A stretch of DNA of 64,000 bases from Nitrososphaerota archaeon. GTDB lineage: Archaea; Thermoproteota; Nitrososphaeria; Nitrososphaerales; Nitrosopumilaceae. The stretch lies in contig JACQCT010000037.1 in NCBI GenBank assembly GCA_016201435.1, positions 14,908-78,907 on the forward strand, in the 5' to 3' direction. This document shows positions 39,329-48,240 of this stretch, piece after piece. A program made the translations under genes and the position numbers. Every line of letters starts with the position of its first letter. Position 1 is the first letter of the stretch. The notes under the pieces were generated by a model. That model ran no database searches, was not told the DNA's origin, and saw only the letters and a list, made by a program, of their open reading frames with translations.

Positions 39329-40309
39329 TTATGTTAATTTAGAATTAAATTTCTTTAAAAAATTGTTCATCTTTTCTTTTGGTATCACTGCACCACATGC
39401 CTTGTCGTGTCCTCCACCAGAGCCTCCAAGTTCACTTGCCAGTGCATTAACAATTCTTCCAAGATGAGCTTTAGATGATCTAGAACCCCTAACAGAGACA
39501 GCATAGATTCCGCGGTCTTCTCTTAGTTTGTAAGATACCCCCACATCTTTTCCTGACATGCCTAAAACAAAATTTACAACCATGGCTGCGCCAGAGTCAG
39601 TAACCTCCATGTATGCAAGATTTTTCATGGTTTTCATGTTATCTTTTACTTTTTGAATCACACCAGAAATTTTTTCTGCCTGTAAGCGAGCAAATTCAAA
39701 TGCGTTTGGAATATCATGCGGGTATTTTGCTTCACTTAATTCATCTACAAGATAAAGTAGGTATTCATCGTCTTTTTGGTGACTGGCAATGGTAAATGTA
39801 AGGACAGTTGCTTCAAGCAAAGCAAATTGCCTATCAAATTTTTGAAGAAGTTTTGAGCCCAATTGCCTATCTTCCATATAATCAGTTATTGCAGAACATG
39901 CAGCTATGAAAGCACTGTGATCTGTCAACTTTTTCTTAAATGCATCATATACCAGAACTGTGGTACATTCATTGATGTCATGAATCAGCTTAACTTTGAG
40001 TGATTTGATTTTCTTTTTTAGAGTTTCATCAAGATCATGATGATCAATATATGTAATTGAAACTCGTTTTTTTCTAAGCGCAGTTAATAACTCAACAAAT
40101 TGGTCCTGACTAGTTTTACTCAAGCCCACGTCACAAATATACAGAGTTTTCAGAGAATCGTTGCTTTTTAGTTGTTCAAGCTCAGTCATAAGACCGGGAT
40201 AGTCAACCAGCTTTGTCTCTCCACCAAACGCTTGCCTAATGAGTGAAGCCGCACCTATCCCGTCTGCATCTTCTTTATGAGAAACACATACGATCTTTGA
40301 TCTTGTCAT
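39329..40309 (-). CDS. DHH/DHHA1 phosphoesterase (RecJ/NrnA-like)
   Basis: SH.EDADG, CDVG, IDHH, SVRG, GGGH. Confidence 0.9.
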   Translation of the reverse strand: MTRSKIVCVSHKEDADGIGAASLIRQAFGGETKLVDYPGLMTELEQLKSNDSLKTLYICDVGLSKTSQDQFVELLTALRKKRVSITYIDHHDLDETLKKKIKSLKVKLIHDINECTTVLVYDAFKKKLTDHSAFIAACSAITDYMEDRQLGSKLLQKFDRQFALLEATVLTFTIASHQKDDEYLLYLVDELSEAKYPHDIPNAFEFARLQAEKISGVIQKVKDNMKTMKNLAYMEVTDSGAAMVVNFVLGMSGKDVGVSYKLREDRGIYAVSVRGSRSSKAHLGRIVNALASELGGSGGGHDKACGAVIPKEKMNNFLKKFNSKLT

Positions 40310-40352
40310 AGAATTATCAAGGCAGAATGACCCTCATTTAAACCAAAAATAT

Positions 40353-40580
40353 TCAAGCAGTTTTCTTTGCATTCATGAAAATTTTGAATCGAGACACAAG
40401 ATTTTGGTGTCCTGCTACATCTTGTAAAACAACGCAGTACATATCGTAAAACGTTATTCCAAGTAATCTTGCTTCCCTGTCAAGCTGACCTATTTCTTCT
40501 AGAACTTCTGGTTCCTTTGAAACCAGAACAAATTCATCAACAAGTTTTATGAAATTATCTTCCATTTCGGTCATTTTCAA
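40353..40580 (-). CDS. Small hypothetical protein, paralog of 42484-42690
   Basis: Shared VDE.V..S..PE..E....D.EA...G.TFY.M pattern. Confidence 0.75.
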   Translation of the reverse strand: MKMTEMEDNFIKLVDEFVLVSKEPEVLEEIGQLDREARLLGITFYDMYCVVLQDVAGHQNLVSRFKIFMNAKKTA

Positions 40581-40711
40581 TCTTTTTTGAAAATTTGTGC
40601 TATATGGCGCAAAGTTGTCAGATTAGACAAACTGCTTAATTTTTGACTGCATATACTGTATGTAGCTTTTCTAAAAGACAAGTACATTTTAGCAAATTTC
40701 TCGTAACGAGA

Positions 40712-41023
40712 ATGGTGTTTCCTGATACAAACAAGGTAAAAAAAGCGCTTGTTAGTCTAGCCCTGGAAGAATCATTACTGGAAATAGGCGGAAGTAAATT
40801 ACTACATGAGGTTTTTAGGATATTATATGAGAAATTTCAGTCTTATTTGCCTGATTGCTATGATCATCCAGAATATCTAAGAGGCATATTTGCTGAGCTT
40901 GATAGTGGAACATGCGATGTTTTCTTAGAATCAATCAATGAGAAATTAGAGGAATTCTCTTATCAAAAACCAATAGGGGAATTTTTACTAAAAATAAGCA
41001 AAATAAAATGCAAAGTAGGTTAA
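40712..41023 (+). CDS. NitrOD5-like thaumarchaeal domain protein, paralog of 49892-50212
   Basis: KALV.LA.E..LLE.G...YL.DC...P.YL...L.EFS; ATG start chosen at 40712; family name recalled. Confidence 0.7.
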   Translation: MVFPDTNKVKKALVSLALEESLLEIGGSKLLHEVFRILYEKFQSYLPDCYDHPEYLRGIFAELDSGTCDVFLESINEKLEEFSYQKPIGEFLLKISKIKCKVG

Positions 41024-41122
41024 GAAGATTTTAGGATCTGTTGTAAAGTTTGTATTTAGTTACGATGTACTATGTTGATTAGTATGGTATAATTTTAATA
41101 TGCATTTTTCGCAGTAATATTA

Positions 41123-42289
41123 GTGCAAACAAAAAACATCGGTCTTCGCAATATCGAGGTAGCTGATACAAAAATTTCTGCAATTGATGGCATAAACGGC
41201 AAGTTAATTTACAGAGGATATGACATTTTGGATCTAGTCAAAAAATCTACCTTTGAGGAAACTGCATGCATGTTACTCAATGATGACCTTCCATCAAAAA
41301 CAGTACTTTCTGAATTTAATGACAAACTTATCGCTTCACGTGAAGTCCCAGAAGGCTTGGAGAGGAATCTTGAGAATTTGCCAAAAACAGCAAGTCCCAT
41401 GGATGTTTTACAATCTTTTGTGGCAATACTTGCGTCATATGAGAATGAAAAATCAGATGACAGGCCTACAAATTATACCAGAGCCATTGATCTTATTTCC
41501 AAACTACCAATAATTGTAGCATGCTGGGACAGGATTCGCAATGGAAAAGAAATCGTTCAACCATCAAAAGATCTCAGTCACGCTGCTAATTTTCTTTACA
41601 TGCTCACAGGAAACATACCAGATAATGAATTTGCAAGAATTTTGGATATTTGTTTAATTTTACATGCTGAACATAGTTTTAATGCGTCTACTTTTGCGGC
41701 AAGAGAAGTAGCATCTACACGTGCTCATATGCATGCTGCAGTCAGTGCGGCCATTGGAGCGCTAAGTGGAGAATTGCACGGAGGAGCCAATTTTCAGGTA
41801 ATGAAGATGCTCTTAGATATTAAAACTGAAGACAATGTAGAGACATGGATTAAAGAAAAACTTGCTCATGGTAACAAAATAATGGGAATGGGTCATGCAG
41901 TATACAAAACATTTGATCCAAGGGCAGAAGTGCTCAGAGAATTATCAAGACGGTTATCTGAAAAAACAGGAGATCATTGGTATCAGATTACAAAAAAAGT
42001 TGAAGATGTTACAGAAGAAGAGATGAAGAAGGTAAAAGGATCAGATATTTTCCCAAATGTGGATCTTTATAGTGCATCAGCTTACTATATGCTAAAAATT
42101 CCAATGGATTTGAATACGCCAATTTTTGCAATCTCAAGAGTTGCCGGATGGACAGCTCATATCATTGAAGAAAAATTTGCAGAGGCGGCACCAAAACCAA
42201 TGCTTTACAGGCCAAAGGCAGTATATGTAGGAAAGTATTGTGGGCCGTCCGGATGCGAATATTTACCTCTGGAAAAAAGACAGCAATAA
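41123..42289 (+). CDS. gltA: Citrate synthase
   Basis: LIYRGY, LHAEH..NASTF, GELHGGAN, MGMGHAVYK..DPR, PNVD, SRVAGW. Confidence 0.95.
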   Translation: MQTKNIGLRNIEVADTKISAIDGINGKLIYRGYDILDLVKKSTFEETACMLLNDDLPSKTVLSEFNDKLIASREVPEGLERNLENLPKTASPMDVLQSFVAILASYENEKSDDRPTNYTRAIDLISKLPIIVACWDRIRNGKEIVQPSKDLSHAANFLYMLTGNIPDNEFARILDICLILHAEHSFNASTFAAREVASTRAHMHAAVSAAIGALSGELHGGANFQVMKMLLDIKTEDNVETWIKEKLAHGNKIMGMGHAVYKTFDPRAEVLRELSRRLSEKTGDHWYQITKKVEDVTEEEMKKVKGSDIFPNVDLYSASAYYMLKIPMDLNTPIFAISRVAGWTAHIIEEKFAEAAPKPMLYRPKAVYVGKYCGPSGCEYLPLEKRQQ

Positions 42290-42304
42290 AGGATTTAAAC
42301 AAAA

Positions 42305-42487
42305 ATGAAAATACCAATAGGCGTCATTATTGTAATAGGAGTTTTACTTTTGAGTATTTTTCTTTTTACAAATTTTCTTTTTCCTGATGTTATTTGCAAA
42401 GTAATTCCAAGATCAGATGTCAAAACAGCAGCAGGCCAATACAATCCTAATTTAATAAACGATATTTGTTTTGGAATTACACATTAG
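42305..42487 (+). CDS. Small membrane protein
   Basis: 60 aa, N-terminal TM helix, two Cys. Confidence 0.55.
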   Translation: MKIPIGVIIVIGVLLLSIFLFTNFLFPDVICKVIPRSDVKTAAGQYNPNLINDICFGITH

Positions 42488-42690
42488 TTTCTTGTAGATA
42501 GCCATTCTTTTGCTTTGATATCAATATCATATCTATGCAGTACATGAAACACCATCTCATAAAATGTGAGACCTCGCTTTTGTGCTTCACCATCTATCCA
42601 TTTCAAGCCTTCTGCAAGCTCTGGATCATATTCAGAAAACTCTACTAATTCATCCACCATATTAGTGAAGAAAGAGTTTGTCTCTAACAC
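42484..42690 (-). CDS. Small hypothetical protein, paralog of 40353-40580
   Basis: Same pattern as its paralog. Confidence 0.78.
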   Translation of the reverse strand: MLETNSFFTNMVDELVEFSEYDPELAEGLKWIDGEAQKRGLTFYEMVFHVLHRYDIDIKAKEWLSTRN

Positions 42691-42766
42691 GCCATCAAGT
42701 TTTCATTTTTATTATTCAGTGCTATATTCAAAATATATAGACAATCAACACCTTTTTGGTTGACAT

Positions 42767-42931
42767 ATGGATCATCTCTGTTATTTTGATGGCAATGAGA
42801 AAATGATCTTATGGGTCATTCAAGATGAGAAGACAAAATTTGAACAGACACGAGATCATGTTGAGAACTATTTAGATAAAATATCAAATGAACCATCACA
42901 AAACATTGCTACAAAGCTATTGTCTAGTTAA
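42767..42931 (+). CDS. Possible 54-aa hypothetical protein
   Basis: Manual translation MDHLCYFDGNEKMILWVIQDEKTKFEQTRDHVENYLDKISNEPSQNIATKLLSS*; no motif. Confidence 0.35.
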   Translation: MDHLCYFDGNEKMILWVIQDEKTKFEQTRDHVENYLDKISNEPSQNIATKLLSS

Positions 42932-44206
42932 CAATACACCAACATCCATAAGATTTGTGTGTGTAGGTCCAGTAAATATCAAGCCTTTATGCTTTTTAAA
43001 AAAATAATACGAATTGTTATTTTTTAGAAAATTGTGTATGTCAGTAAGTCTATTTTTTGAACTTTCTATGATTGCTCCACTGACATCAGTATTTCCATCT
43101 TTTCCATCAGTTCCACAAGATGCTATTACAACATTTTTCCTATTGTTTTGAATTTTGTCAAGCATAGATAGTACTAGCTCTTGATTTCTTCCTCCCTTTC
43201 CGTTTCCTATTACTTTTACAGTAGGTTCACCACCAAAAATAAGACAAGAGTGTTTTTTCATTGGAAATGATTTGAGTAGATTTTTTGATACAAGTGATAT
43301 ATTACCAGATACAGAACGCATTATACTTACAGCATATCCAAGTTGTCGTGCTCTTTCCACCATTGCATCAAGACAATCGTTGTTTGTAGCAATAGTGTAG
43401 TTCTTTATTTTTGAAGATTTTGGAGTCTCCGATATTTTATTATGAATCCCAAGATCTAATCTTTTTAGAACACTATGCGGCATGTGTTTTTTTAAACCAT
43501 ATTTTGTTAATATTTTATCTGCATCTTTGAAAGTAGTATCATCAAAATAGGTAGGTGCTGATGCTATATCTGACAAGTCATCACCAACAACATCAGACAT
43601 TACAAGTGATACTGCATCACATGAAAGATTTTCTGCCAGTTTTCCTCCTTTAATTTTAGAAAGATGTTTTCGCACACAGTTAATTTCTTGTATGTTTGCA
43701 CCTGATTTTAACAATAAACTAGTAGTAATTTTTTTGTCTAAAAGCGATATGCCGTCTGGTAATGAAAGAAGAGAGGAACCCCCTCCAGATATTAAAAATA
43801 TTATAAAATCAGATTGTTTTCTATTTTTTAAAAATTCTACAATTTGTTTTCCGGCATGAACACTCTGTTTATTTGGTATAGGATGGCCAGCATGATGAAT
43901 CTTGAATTTTTTATTTATTAATACAGACTTTGTGCCACACGGAATCACTACGATACCACCATTAATTCGAGTTAGCGAACAGATTGTTTTTGCCATAGAA
44001 TCGGCAGCCTTGCCAAATCCAACAACAAAAATTCTATCATGTTTTGAGAGCAAAATGGTCTTTTTACCTATGACAAGTTTGTCTCTTTTTACAATTTTTC
44101 TTAATGTATCACCAGGTAATGCTGCGTTGAGTCCTGCTTCTATAATGCCTAGCGTGTCTTTTTTTTCCCGGTTTGTTGCAAGTTCTTTAAAATTTTTTAT
44201 TATCAC
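42917..44206 (-). CDS. Glycerate 2-kinase (MOFRL/TtuD family)
   Basis: GKAA, ISGGGSSL, RKHLSKIKGG, GGEPTV, GGRNQE, GTDGKDG, TGPT.TN..D. Confidence 0.93.
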   Translation of the reverse strand: MIIKNFKELATNREKKDTLGIIEAGLNAALPGDTLRKIVKRDKLVIGKKTILLSKHDRIFVVGFGKAADSMAKTICSLTRINGGIVVIPCGTKSVLINKKFKIHHAGHPIPNKQSVHAGKQIVEFLKNRKQSDFIIFLISGGGSSLLSLPDGISLLDKKITTSLLLKSGANIQEINCVRKHLSKIKGGKLAENLSCDAVSLVMSDVVGDDLSDIASAPTYFDDTTFKDADKILTKYGLKKHMPHSVLKRLDLGIHNKISETPKSSKIKNYTIATNNDCLDAMVERARQLGYAVSIMRSVSGNISLVSKNLLKSFPMKKHSCLIFGGEPTVKVIGNGKGGRNQELVLSMLDKIQNNRKNVVIASCGTDGKDGNTDVSGAIIESSKNRLTDIHNFLKNNNSYYFFKKHKGLIFTGPTHTNLMDVGVLLTRQ

Positions 44207-44552
44207 AAGTTGGAATGATTAACAAACTTATGATTATTGTATCTTATGTAGTAAAAGTCCTAATTCTCGATGATAAAAAGTAAGTATAATAATAATTTAA
44301 CTTATGGAAAACGTAATTATAATGAAATAGCTATGAAATTTTTTCATCAAATAAATGCATTATAAAACTATCCTTTTAACAGATTCACTTCTGTCTGAAA
44401 TGTCTAAATTAATTATAAACAATTACAGTCCAGCTAAAATATAGTTATAATTTCTGAATCAGGATTTGAGTCCGATGGAGTCCGTGAAAACAGTTGTAGT
44501 GGGCACCACTCTAATTTTTTATTTTCAGTGACGACATTCTAGGCTTTTTTAA

Positions 44553-45581
44553 TTACGGTAATGTTTTGGCCCAACCACGTTCAATGAGTATTTGAGCAGT
44601 ATCCGGTCTTACACAAGCAGGAGAGCCATCTTCTGCTCTTATAATTAATTGAAAACTTTGTTTACATGTTACATCTTTTACTGCTATTCCTGACTTGAAT
44701 TGTTCAAGCGGAGGCATTGGATTGAGTAATGCATTTGGCTTGACAGAAAATTCAGTATAAGATGTACCTGTTGTATTACCATCATCCTCTTTTGTGGTTA
44801 TACCCATCGCATAGTTGCCTTCTTTTGGAGTAAACTCCCACTCTGCGGACGCTATCCATTCACATGGTTTGGATTTAGCGTGGATCTCTTGACTAAAAAC
44901 AGGCTCGGTACTTTGACCTACAATCTTTGCTATGCCAACTAGAACGTCAAAGCTTTTTCCAGAAAGTGTATTCATGTCTTTATAAGATATAAACTGGATT
45001 GGTTTGTTTGCTGTAAAATTACCATAATCAACTTTGATGCCATTTTGAATCACACTAAAATCACTGCCACGTTCAAGTCTTTTTTGGGTTAGAACATCTT
45101 TTCCCTCACAAAACTTTGGGATCTTGAAAGATTCTGGAGAATACATGTTAATTCCATCAAACTTTTCAATATAAAACAATACACGATCACCCACATTGAA
45201 TCCATCTAATCCACTAATCCGACCAATTGCGCCAATAGTCGGTTGTCTTACTGTTATTTTGCTTGAATTCTGTGGGTTTTTCAGAACTTCTTCTACATTT
45301 ACAGTGTATTCATCAAGATTTAAAGTGTAATTTTCTACAATGTTTTTATCAGTACCGTTTTCTTGTATAGTATATGAGGACTGTTTTTCAAATTTCAAAA
45401 CTTTCACAGATGTAATGTTTCCCACAAATATTACATCACTGTTTTCCAAAAGTTCTTGAGGAGATTGTGGGATCCATAATCCGTGAGCAATATTATCATA
45501 TGATAGCATTAGACTGGTAAATCCTAGAAAAATTAAGATTATAACATATTTCAATTCATTAACTGAGTTTGAGTGATTCAT
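44553..45581 (-). CDS. Secreted protein with a TIMP/NTR-like N-domain and a C-terminal PLxQFKSG...C...C...RGW module
   Basis: Signal/TM; SPQELLENSDVIFVGNITSV...YTVNVEEVLK...F.VGDRVLFY; start trimmed to MNHS. Confidence 0.65.
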   Translation of the reverse strand: MNHSNSVNELKYVIILIFLGFTSLMLSYDNIAHGLWIPQSPQELLENSDVIFVGNITSVKVLKFEKQSSYTIQENGTDKNIVENYTLNLDEYTVNVEEVLKNPQNSSKITVRQPTIGAIGRISGLDGFNVGDRVLFYIEKFDGINMYSPESFKIPKFCEGKDVLTQKRLERGSDFSVIQNGIKVDYGNFTANKPIQFISYKDMNTLSGKSFDVLVGIAKIVGQSTEPVFSQEIHAKSKPCEWIASAEWEFTPKEGNYAMGITTKEDDGNTTGTSYTEFSVKPNALLNPMPPLEQFKSGIAVKDVTCKQSFQLIIRAEDGSPACVRPDTAQILIERGWAKTLP

Positions 45582-45683
45582 AAGTGTTAGGCACAAATAA
45601 TATTTGAGTCTTTTTTTTGCATGAATTGTTTTTTTGAATGAATGCATTATTTTATTAATAAAAAAGAGAGGGGGTTTGAAGTA

Positions 45684-46841
45684 TTAAGGTCCTTTCGCGC
45701 AGTGAGACTGGATGTTGGCTACATTATAAGTAAGGGTTCCAGCTTTAAGAGTTCCAGTTTCATAGCTAGCAATTGGAATTCCGCCAGGATAGCAGTTGTA
45801 TACCTGTGGCGTTTCAGTTTGCCAAAAGTCCCATACCCCTGTCGAAGTATTTCGTGCATAGCCAGCATATATTTTAGGATTCACATTGTTATACTCAGGA
45901 GCCCAGTTTTTGGATACTGTATTTGGATTTTCAAAGAACACGCTGGTATCCGCAGTATTGGTTGCAAAGGATGTACTTCCCGATACAGTGGTAGTATGTG
46001 TCCATGTTCCACCAGTCGATACATTGAGTCCATATATTACCCAGTGACCAGAAGAGTCTACTTGAATTTGGAAGTCTAGGTTATTTCCTATACTAGGACG
46101 TATTGTTGGTGTAGTGAACCACTGAGGATTGCATGATGTTGTCGTATCAGCCCAATCTAATTCTGGACCGCTGTCACCAAGCAATTCACCAGATTGTGCC
46201 CAATATGTTCCTGGAAATGCTGTAGGAACACATTCATTCCCAATTGTAGAGCCAAGCTTTAATGCATTTACTAACATGGCTGTCCATCCTCTACCAACTA
46301 TTGGAGTGAAATTTGGCGAGTTGAGATCCATACGAATTCCATTGATGGAGGGACCACCATACACATCAACTATGAGGCCATTACTTGGGAGAAGAGGTCC
46401 GACAATAGGACGCTCTTGTAAATCTAAGACATCATTAGTTGCACCGTCTACTAGTACAGTAAGTGACTTTCCATTCTCTGTATAGTGCATAATAATGTCC
46501 ACAACAGCATTGGGATTATTCTCCAATTCTATTAGATTTCCATAATGACTATATCCATCTAGCCTGAGCGATTCGCTTGTGGTCAGAGCCTGTACTCTTT
46601 TGTCGAGTTTGACTTGTCCATCGATTTTATCCAATTCAAATTTTGTCAACTCCTTTGTTAGTTGAGCTTTGTGTTTCTCAATTAGCCCAAGATATTGCTC
46701 TTTTGTGAATTTCGTCTTTTGTTCTGCAAAAACAACACCTAGATTACCTGCGCTAACAGGAATTATCATTGCAACAATAATTGTCGCAAAGAGGATTGTC
46801 TTTATCAGTTTTGCATTCATTAAAGTCATTGTTATTTCCAT
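45684..46841 (-). CDS. Secreted protein, candidate glutamic (G1/thermopsin-like) peptidase with prodomain
   Basis: Signal peptide, charged pro-region, then a beta domain with TAMLVNA...YWAQSG...LNVSTG...SVFFEN in G1 motif order. Confidence 0.55.
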   Translation of the reverse strand: MEITMTLMNAKLIKTILFATIIVAMIIPVSAGNLGVVFAEQKTKFTKEQYLGLIEKHKAQLTKELTKFELDKIDGQVKLDKRVQALTTSESLRLDGYSHYGNLIELENNPNAVVDIIMHYTENGKSLTVLVDGATNDVLDLQERPIVGPLLPSNGLIVDVYGGPSINGIRMDLNSPNFTPIVGRGWTAMLVNALKLGSTIGNECVPTAFPGTYWAQSGELLGDSGPELDWADTTTSCNPQWFTTPTIRPSIGNNLDFQIQVDSSGHWVIYGLNVSTGGTWTHTTTVSGSTSFATNTADTSVFFENPNTVSKNWAPEYNNVNPKIYAGYARNTSTGVWDFWQTETPQVYNCYPGGIPIASYETGTLKAGTLTYNVANIQSHCAKGP

Positions 46842-46867
46842 TCTTGGAGTTTGCTAATAAGCCGCGC

Positions 46868-46951
46868 TGACATTTCTGTAAGTTTTATTGACAGTTCTGT
46901 AAGTGTAATGGATAGATCTGTAAATGTTATTGACAAAAATGTACATCATTT
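46868..46951. repeat. Degenerate 21-bp tandem repeat, about 4 units, intergenic
   Basis: TGACATTTCTGTAAGTTTTAT / TGACAGTTCTGTAAGTGTAAT / GGATAGATCTGTAAATGTTAT / TGACAAAAATGTACAT. Confidence 0.8.
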
Positions 46952-47224
46952 GAAGGAACTAAAGGTCTTTGCAAATTTTCTTCCGGTTTTTGTTAACACA
47001 ACATTTACCTTTCCTTTTTCGATTACCATCTTGACAAAACCTTTCTGTTCAAGCCACTTGAGATGTTTTAAAAGTCTTGTATAATTGACATTTACCTTTT
47101 CTGCAAGAGCTGTTCTTCCTATTGTACTTTTAATCAGAATCTTTAAGACTCGATTCAATAATTTCCCACTTGGAACGAATTCATTGCTTTGTTTGTTCAC
47201 CATCGATATACCGATCCGCTGCAC
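46946..47224 (-). CDS. Winged-helix DNA-binding protein
   Basis: RTALAEKVNVNYTRLLKHLKWLEQKGFV...LTKTG. Confidence 0.85.
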   Translation of the reverse strand: MQRIGISMVNKQSNEFVPSGKLLNRVLKILIKSTIGRTALAEKVNVNYTRLLKHLKWLEQKGFVKMVIEKGKVNVVLTKTGRKFAKTFSSFK

Positions 47225-47274
47225 ATTTGATATTAAGCACTGTTTAGCAAATCAGCTAACTATTTGTCAATGAA

Positions 47275-47562
47275 TTACAATAAGGATACCGATGACGCAA
47301 ATTCTTTACCAAGGCTATTGAGTTTAAGGAATATTCTACCTTCTTCGACAAATGGTTCAATAAGCTTTTTTCTTTCTAGCCATTCAAGATGCCTTGATAA
47401 CCTACTGTATTGTACGTTTGTTTCAAGCGACAGGCTCGTCCTTTGAATAGCATTCTTATCCAACATAACTTTCATTATCCGTGATAAAATTTTCATGCTT
47501 GGCTTAAAATCCCTTATTTTTTTTCCTTGCTTTTTTTGTATTAATTTCTGTATGTATAACAA
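47275..47562 (-). CDS. Winged-helix DNA-binding protein, tandem paralog
   Basis: PSMKILSRI...RTSLSLETNVQYSRLSRHLEWLE...LNSLG. Confidence 0.85.
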   Translation of the reverse strand: MLYIQKLIQKKQGKKIRDFKPSMKILSRIMKVMLDKNAIQRTSLSLETNVQYSRLSRHLEWLERKKLIEPFVEEGRIFLKLNSLGKEFASSVSLL

Positions 47563-47804
47563 CCCCTTATTCTTTCATCAGGACATACGTATGAGATGAT
47601 CATTTCATTAAATACGATATTCGACTTGAACGCTGTTTCTCTTTGATCAAAAATTTTCATTTTATCAACCAGACAAGTTGTACCGTACATTTCCTATTTA
47701 AGGGATATGTATGTATCATATTATCACATGCAGGTGAATTCCGCGATCAGTTTCCATTAAATATCTACCAATAATTTATCAACAGTACCGGACAAATTCA
47801 ACTA

Positions 47805-47966
47805 TTGCCACGCAAAGAATACAAAACCATTACTGTAAAAGTTGAGACTTTTCAAAAATTCCTAAAAGCAATAAACGAAGCAAAGAAGGCCGATCCAGAA
47901 ATTGACAACAGCAAGTTTGTTGACGGACTTCTCAACGGACATGGGCATAGAAAATCAAGATCATAG
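47805..47966 (+). CDS. 53-aa ribbon-helix-helix-like microprotein (not in ORF track)
   Basis: TTG start; MPRKEYKTITVKVETFQKFLKAINEAKKADPEIDNSKFVDGLLNGHGHRKSRS*. Confidence 0.65.
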   Translation: MPRKEYKTITVKVETFQKFLKAINEAKKADPEIDNSKFVDGLLNGHGHRKSRS

Positions 47967-48240
47967 TTAATGCTTTTAATGTTGTATATGTTATCAAGTG
48001 CGAGAGACCAAATCGCTGAAATTTCGCAAAGGTATTTGCTGGTTTTGTCAAACCTCTTGCGATATTATCAGATATGCACATGAAGATTGCATAAAGGATT
48101 ATTTTCTAAGTCAATAGGCAGTCAAGTGATCATGCAATAATTTTGTACTTCTTCCATATGCCAGAACCGCTTTCACAACACCTTCTTAATGAACCTTGGA
48201 ATCTTCCTGTAAAATGTTTCACAGTATCAATAACGATTTA

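Noticed and set aside
44455..44512. tRNA-derived att remnant at the start of the accessory region (GAGTCCG twice, small hairpin)
   Set aside because: No cloverleaf and no convincing match to a tRNA 3' half.
45642..46079. 145-aa + strand ORF
   Set aside because: Antisense to the secreted 385-aa gene; atypical composition.
46868..46951. CRISPR array
   Set aside because: Units are contiguous with no unique spacers, are degenerate, and no cas genes are present.
46851..47084. + strand 77-aa ORF with 7-aa periodicity
   Set aside because: By-product of the 21-bp repeat and antisense to a convincing wHTH gene.
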